From the NCBI GenBank assembly GCA_951406725.2, contig OX597817.1, forward strand, positions 99,944,001 to 100,008,000: a stretch of DNA of 64,000 bases, read 5' to 3'. Positions 56,080-64,000 of the stretch are shown here, piece after piece. The DNA comes from Octopus vulgaris. Its lineage: Eukaryota. The translations under genes and the position numbers were made by a program. Position 1 is the stretch's first letter, and each line of letters starts with the position of its first letter. The notes beneath the pieces are model-generated. The model saw only the letters and a program-made list of their open reading frames with translations. It was not told the origin of the DNA and searched no databases.

Positions 56080-59000
56080 TCTATATTAAAGAAAAAGTGA
56101 ACAGACTGTATACAAACATTGACCCTAATATTTGAAAACCTTTAAGAAGAAAAACAACAACCCTTAGCTATTCTGCTCTCTCTATTTCACTGTTATTACA
56201 ATGACTTCTGTCTTTTAAGCTTGCAAACAATTTCTATTATGCCAATAAAACACTATTTGTTCTACATGACTTTCCACTTCTCATTTTCCTAACACCTTTC
56301 TTTTATTTACTATACAAATCCTTATTATTTCACTGGAAACCATCATTTAGCATGAGATGGTGCCAAATTTGGGTACAGCTACACTAAAATTAATACATTT
56401 TTTCAAAATACAAAATGTGTGTGGTTAAGTGATACAAGCTTACCTATACAGAAAAGGTCCCATGAATCTCCTGGACAAAAAGGATGAAGAAACAAAGAAC
56501 AGCACTTTAATCATGCCTGAATAAGGATCTCTTCTTAGTATACAACATAAGCGGTTCTTACAAACTAATTTTTCCTAACGAAATTTTTTGTTCAGCTGTC
56601 TTTAAAATTCTGTGACTGAGTAAACAAAGAAAAAAAGAAAGCTAGAAAATGACATTTGCCAAAGTCTTGTAAGCAAATAGCAAAGGGCATCTTAAATTTT
56701 GATAATGGAGAACACATTCAAACTATATCCAACATCACATCTGCTTTGTAGAAACTAAAAGCTTTCTCCTCTTGTTAACTCAAATTTATTTAACCCTATA
56801 TTACGTTAGACAACACATTAAAAGATATGTATATTTATCAAATATTTTGCTCTTCTGATATTTTTCAAGTAATAGTTCTGAGTCTAAGCCAAAACTATAC
56901 AATAACAATACTTTTCTCCAAAAGTCTAATACCTTAGAAATATAGTGCCAGCTAATAGTAACCATAGCAATGAGTTACAAGTTTTATGAAAATGTTGCCA
57001 ACATTTTACAACAGCATGATAAAGAGAAGTATGTAACAAAATATCTTGCACTTATACAATAAATACACACACACATACATACATATATAACATTTTTTTT
57101 ACCATTCATGTGACATGTCATTATCCTCTTCTGTTTTCTAACAAGTAGGATAGTTTACTTTGGGAGTGGGGCTAGGTAAAAATTCAAATCCATTTAAAGT
57201 TTAGTATTCTATACTATATTCATCTCTTATTATCATCATCATTGTCATTTAATACCCATCTTCCATAATGGCATGGGTTGGATGTTTTGACAGCAGCTGG
57301 TGATTCAGAGAGTTGCAACAGGCTCTATTGTCTGCTTTGGCATGGTTTCTACTGTTAGATGCCCTTCCTAATGTCAACCACTTTACAGAATGTACTGAGT
57401 GCTTTATAAGTGCCACCTGCACTAGAACTTTTTACATGATACCAGCATCAGTGGGGTCACAAAGTAACTTGCAAGACAATGACCCTTCAACAGGGAAGGA
57501 GGGTAGTATTGATGGAGGTGACTTTGAGCCAGTTGGGAAGTTAACATATAATAGAGGGATAGAGATAGGTGTCTTACTATGGGAAGAGATACTTGGCTAC
57601 CCAGTAGGAAAAAGGGGGTAAGAAGGGATAGAGAAAGATAGAGAGTCAGAGAAATAGATGGTGTTGAAGATTCAGTGGAACTTACACACAAGGTAGAGTG
57701 GAGGGAATATAAGAAATACAGAGGGGTGGGGTAGGAGGCTTCATAAGTGTGTTAGGGGACATATTTAGAGATAGTCAAGAGGTAACTGTAGCAAGTGGTG
57801 AGAGAAACTGGAGTAAAATAAAGGTTCAATTCTACTTAAAATTTATTCTATAAGACTTTTTTTTGTTATCATTAGATGAATGTTTTGATAGCTTTATACT
57901 GCATTAGTACAACTCATTGACAATTATATAATAGTGTTTCAAAGTTTCAAGTTTATAGGTGTACAAAAAAAAAAAAATAGAAATAATGAAATAGAAAAGC
58001 AAACAGTGATATGTTTGCGCAAAAATTTGAATATATTGAGTAACATTTAAGTGTTTTTCATCAGTAAGGACGTGACCATTTATTGTGCAGTATAATTATT
58101 ATAAACCTAAACAGCCAAAGCTGTTTATAGTCAGTAATAGCAAAGCATCCATGCCAGTGACATGTAAAAGTACCAGTGCTGGTGACATGTAAAAGGCACC
58201 CAGTACCCTCTCAGAGTGGTTGGAAGGGAACTAGCTGTAGAAACTATATCAAAATCAGATTAGAACCTGGTGCAGCTCTCTAGCTTACCAGTCCCAGTCA
58301 AACTGTCTAACCAATGCCAGCATGGAAAGCAGACTTCAAATGATAATGATGATAAATTCCTAATTCAAAATGAGATTAATATACTACTTTTTTCCTTTTT
58401 CATATGACATGTTTTTCTTCTATTTTGCATCAAGAGCAGTTTACATTTTTCTTTTCAGGTGAAAAACAATTATTGTTCAATATAAAGCATAGGATGGAAG
58501 TTCCAATTAATGTTTAGCATTGTGTATGGTATTTATGAAAAGGATTTTCTTTATTTTTTCCCCCATCATCTTCAATATAAAGCAGAGGTTAAAGGTTCAA
58601 ATCTTGAGGTATTCCCAACTGTCTCTTTTTCCATAAATATGGCTTATTAAAAGAATGTTATGAAAGGTTAAAAAAGCTAAAGTGCACATTTTATTCATTT
58701 ATCTAGTCCCTATCCTGTAATTATACTATAGTATGGTACAGACTAACTCATATACATCTATAGAAGTTATCTAAATATAATGGAAAAGCTGGTATCTAGC
58801 ATAGAGAAACAAAAAGAAAAATTGAAAAAAAAAAAAAAAGAACCATAATATTAATACTTCTCACACATTACCTGAATATTGCAAATAGAAATTCTCTTAT
58901 AGAGATTTTCTATATTCATTTTTCTTTAACCCTGCAAAGATTATTATCAGTTTGAAGCTTCAAAATAACCTTTCCAAAATATTTCACAACTTTTAGTTTG

Positions 59001-60429
59001 TTGACATTATCTAATTAATTACAATGGATACTACTTCCTTGAGATTGTTGGCACTCTATTTGAAATAACTTCAGTAGCTGTTTTAACAGCTTATTTTATA
59101 TAAATAACCTCTTAAAATTAAACATTCTGCTTTTGTTGCATAGATAATTATAAATAAAGTGAAACTCTATCCTGATTAACATCAAATAATATACAAAGTT
59201 AACATACACAATTTCTTAAAATGTTATAATAAATACAATTTTATCAATAAATATTAATTTAAAAGCAATTATATTAGATAATCTGTTCACATTCATTAGT
59301 GATTCGATTACATGAAGTTAAAACTGAAATCAAAAGTATTGCAAATTAATAATATCATTCTATGTAAACAAAGAGACTCAAGAAAAAAAAAACTATTTCA
59401 ATTTTAAAATAAATGATGAAGGATTAACAATAAATTGGAATTTTTTATAAAAGGTAAACTCAGGATTTTCTAACAAGGAGAAAAAATTAACTCTAAAATG
59501 CTGGCAGAAGCCCAGATGCATCCAGACTAGTTGCAATCTGAACAACCATGCTTTTATCTGTAACTTATCAGTTATGAATAGAAGATCTGCAGTAGGGGAA
59601 ATATTGTCAAAGAATGTAGACTGTTGAACTCATACCTACTTCTGCTAATATATTCTGTTTATGTACCACAAATCATATTTAAAACCAAGCACAGACATTA
59701 GCAAAGAGACTCATCATATTTAACTACACAAAATATAAGCACCAAGTTATTCAGGTCAATTTCATAACTTGGCTCTTCATTAATACACCTTCAAATATAT
59801 TAAAAAATTTTTGTCTTCTTTTAAAACCAAAACAAATTAGTTATTTTCTCCTGCCAATCTTCTCATAATCAAGTTTATTCAATAGATTTTTCATTGACCA
59901 TAAAAAAAATGGAATCTATCAAATCAACAATTCTAATTCCATATTTTTCATCATGAACAGATTACTACTGTAATCATTACTAACCTGTTTACAGTTATAT
60001 TACCAAAAAATCCCATTTCTTTAAAATTATGCAAAACCTTTGACAAGTATACAAGCTATGAGTATTATTAAGTTATGTTTCTCAGATGAATTGAAACTAA
60101 CTAAATATTATCAGTTTTAAAACTACTCTGTTCTTTGAAGGATCTATATTGTTAATGTGTGTGACCTTTGCTAATATGCTAACATGTGGAATTATTTTTC
60201 AGTACTAATTTAGGTTAAATGAGCAAGGAGCATAACTATCTATTCAATCCATTGTACCAGAAAAATAACTGATGTGTAACTCCTAGTTTTGCTTGTAATT
60301 GTTTTCATGGCATTCAGCTTTTGAAAACATTACAACACAAAAAATACAGGTTGTTCTTTATCAATTAACAAATAATATACAGATATGTGCATACATATAC
60401 ATGCACACACACACATGTACATATACATA

Positions 60430-61660
60430 CAGGGGTTGGATAAAATAATGGAAATACCTTACAATTTCAAACAAATTTATTTTAATATGGGGTAGGACCA
60501 CCTTTGGTAGTAATTACAGCTTGAATTGTACAAGGTATGGACTTGTACAAAGTTTGAATGGTTTCCAAAGGAATTTTTGCCCTTTCTTCAGCTAAAACAG
60601 TCTCCAGTTCTTGTAGTGAAGATGGTAGAGGATATCGACTCCTTACTTGTTTTTCTAAAATGCACCATAAATGTTCAATGATATTGAGATCTGGGGACTG
60701 TAGTAGCCAGATAAGACATTCAACTTCACTAGAATGTTCCTCATGCCATTCAGTAACAACTTTAGCTGTGTGAATTGGTGCATTATCATCCTGAAAGACT
60801 GCGTTTCCCTCTGGAAACAGTTCCGCAACCATAGGATGAATTTGATCAGATAAAATGCTTAGTCTTGACTATTAATTCTACCATGAAGGGAAACCATTGG
60901 CCAGCGGATTTCCAAGATGTAGCCCACCAGATCATCACAGATCCTCCTCCATGTTTAACAGCTGGAAGAAGGTAGTCTGGGTCAAATGCTTCTTTTGGCT
61001 GTCTCCACATGTATACTTGGCCGGTGGTCGGAAATAAGGTAACGGATGACTCGCCTGAGAAAATGACATTCTTCAACTGCTCTAGGGACCAATTCTGTAG
61101 GCTTTTACTCTATCTAAATGCTTTGCAGTAGTAGTTTTCTAATTGCAGCCTACCTGTGAAATCTGGCTTTGTGCAGCTCCTGGCCAACATTTTTTGTGGA
61201 AACTGGGTTCTCGAGGTGGTCATTAAGCTATGCAGTAATTTTGAGAGCAGTCCTTTTGTGATCCTTTCTAACAATTCGCATAAGGGTCTGAAGGTCCCTA
61301 TCTGAAAGTTTTGGTTTCCTTCCGGAGTTTTGTTTCAATGAGGAGGTTTTTCCCCTCTTTCTCAAAGGCTGTCATTACTTTCAAGACAGTACTTGTTGAT
61401 ACACCAAACACTTCAGGTGGTTTTGTTACGCTACCAACTGCTATATGAGCAGCAACAATTTGACCTCTTTGAAAGTCCAATAGATCTGTCATTTTAATGA
61501 GTTTTAATTACCTTTTTTGAAAAGAAACAGCAATTTTAGCAAAACATTAAGCAACACTAATAATAAATCAAAAAACATAAAAATAAACAAGGTTTTGATG
61601 GTTTTATAGATATTTCAAAATTATGATGCTAGGTGTTTCCATTATTTTTTACAACCCCTG
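60430..61660 (-). mobile_element. Tc1 transposon remnant (full-length, frameshifted)
   Basis: TA-caggggttggataaaataatggaaa...tttccattattttttacaacccctg-TA; VIFSGES, KHGGGSVMIW, FQDDNAPIH, SPDLNIIEHLW. Confidence 0.93.
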
Positions 61661-64000
61661 TATAAACACACACATGTATGCATGCATATGTACATACACA
61701 TACATATATAAAACCACACACACATATATACAGACAGACAGACACACATTTATATATACATATATATACACACAGATACATAATCATCATCATCACTATC
61801 ATTTAATCTCCATATCCTATGCTGACATACACTGGACAGTTTGACAGGGTCCAGCAACCCACAGGGCTACATTATACTACAATGTTAACTTCGGTATGAT
61901 GGTCTCTACAGAGGGATGTCTTTCCTAACAGCAACCACTTTACAAACTGGGTACTTTTCTTGTGCCACTAACATTAGTGACATCACCAAGTAACTTTCAA
62001 GGCAAGAATAGGAAAAGCCCTTTCAACTAAGTGTGGGGAGTATCTGAAATGGGGGACGTGGCTTTATGCCAGGTAATGAAAGTACGATAGACAAGTGCAG
62101 GTGTCTTGGTATAGAGAAGATACAGGGTTACCTTACATTTTATGTGGGTAGGTGGGAGTACATAAAAAGGCAGTGGTGGGGTGACAGAGCAAACCCTCAA
62201 GGTACCTCAGAGAGGACACAGACAGTGGATCAGGGGCTAGTTTCATAAGTATGTGAAAGGAGATTGACAGATAGTTGGAAATGAGGGCAGGGGTGAATGT
62301 AAGTGAATGATGAACAAAGGTGGGGGTGCAGTTGTTAATAGAAAATACCTGTATAGAGAGGAAGTAAGGCAGGAGACAGAAATGGTTCAGGTGGCAGGAT
62401 AGTTAAGAATGTAGAGAGATACTGTGCAAGGGGAGGAAGATGTGAGGTACATAAGGATGGCTATAGTGAGTGGGGCATGCAAGCAGATACAGTGTTGAGA
62501 ATGATGGTGGATATGAGAGATGTCAAAATGAAGTATGGCAGAGAAGAGGGAGACATAACTGAAGGCACAGAAAAGAAGTGAACAGTGTAAACAGAGTGGG
62601 AAAGAATGATGACTGAGAATGAGGGATGAAGCAAACCAATGTGTTTGAACTGCATCCATCAGTCCAACAGAGGGCACCCTGAGTTAACTATGGTGCTCTA
62701 ACACCTTTTTGTCTTAAATGAGAATTTTTTTTCCACAAACAGGTTCAAGTATCTGTGAAACATATTTGACCTGATCTTAAGTTTATTTTCTGTCACTGCA
62801 TTGCACATCTATTCACACACACACACACACTTTATATATGGTTAGTCAAACAACTTACAATGTGCATTCCTACTCAGTATTCAATTAACTAAATAGCTTG
62901 CCAGTAATTCCACAAAATGCAAACTGTGACCAATGCCATGTCAAGAGGACAAAGAGATGGAGACGTAACTATATTAGTAGATGAGCATGGTAGGTTGCAT
63001 ATGCAATATGAACTTATGAAATAAGTGATGAAAATATTTATGATACATTTAGTGTATATGAGACAACAATGGTGAAACAGAAATGCAATGCATGTAGTTT
63101 TAATCTAATCATTAAAACAGGCATAAAACTAATAGCTAAGAAATGGTTACTTTATATCTGAGGAGTAAACTTTTTTGAAATGCAAGTGAAAGTTAAAGCT
63201 TTTTGCCCAAGAACAGATGACCAGGACCACCCAACAGTAACAACTACCTCTATCTATGTTATATTAGTTCATCATTATGTCCACAGCAGCTAATATCCCG
63301 TGAAATGTTTCCAGCTCTCCACTTTTCTAAAGTTGGGTAAAATTTAACTGCCACAGGACTCTCCACTTACTTTTCTTTTTTATTTAGTTGCTCATATTTT
63401 TGTTTGTTTCCTAAAATTCCACTGCATTTTATAGCAATTCACTAAGAATACTTTTACACTTTCTATTTGCATTTATCCCCTCTTTCAACTACAAAAAAAA
63501 AAATTAATATAGTTTTTTTGCTTCTAAATAAGGATAATCCTAAAATTCTCAGGATATCAAAACCAACATTGTCACAAAGGAAATATTACTATCAAAACGT
63601 ATTTCCAAAACTTTTACAGTTGTCTTATCATCACAACAAAAAGATGATCTGCTTATTATACAGGTGTGTGTGTGTCTCTCTCTCTAGTATGTTTCTGAAG
63701 ATTTTATTCCTATATATCTTGAAATCTGTCAACTTTCTAGTTCCTAGTTCAATAGTAACCATTTTAAAAACCATTTCACTTATTTTAAAGCAGTCTTTTG
63801 AAAATTGGAAGCCAAGTTTCAACATTATTTCTGAGTACATGAATAGACAAAAAAAAAATTCATCTGTTGTTGACCAAATTATTTTGTTGCCCATAGCTGT
63901 TTAATTTACAGATAATATATCACTAAAACAATCTTAAAGGCTGTTTATCAAAAGTATTTTAACACTACTGGCTTTTCACAAAACCTGCCACACTAAACCG

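Noticed and set aside
58872-58931. Possible PFKFB start exon (MNIENLYKRISICNIQ|gtaatg) on minus strand
   Set aside because: Ends in phase 0, incompatible with the phase-1 acceptor at 46269; joined to the 27-nt candidate exon it hits a stop.
63467-63904. 145-aa and 87-aa overlapping ORFs near the window end
   Set aside because: AT-rich with no recognisable motif or splice support; could not be assigned to the PFKFB first exon.

Overview
AT-rich, repeat-dense animal genomic DNA. The repeat landscape (RTE-tailed SINEs, (TA)n/(CA)n microsatellites, Penelope elements) suggests an octopus or other coleoid cephalopod, but that is inference. The host gene is a bifunctional 6-phosphofructo-2-kinase/fructose-2,6-bisphosphatase (PFKFB) on the minus strand. 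Eleven phase-compatible GT-AG exons (46269 down to 1327) can be read by hand; the first and last coding exons are not identified in the window. Its introns hold RTE and CR1-type LINE remnants, SINEs, mariner/Tc1/piggyBac/pogo remnants, Helitrons, a Gypsy remnant and several Penelope-type elements with hammerhead ribozyme (HHR) motifs. The most unusual structure occurs twice, in diverged form, at 12158-14546 and 47128-49551. Each is a ~350-nt highly structured HHR-bearing repeat unit (retrozyme or non-autonomous Penelope-like, with a 5' inversion and TSD). Each carries an RT-less, ORF1-only (RRM-like + CCHC zinc knuckle) element with its own 15-16-bp TSD in the same 5' arm just upstream of the ribozyme core. 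This looks like a nested, target-specific or co-mobilised two-component retroelement system.
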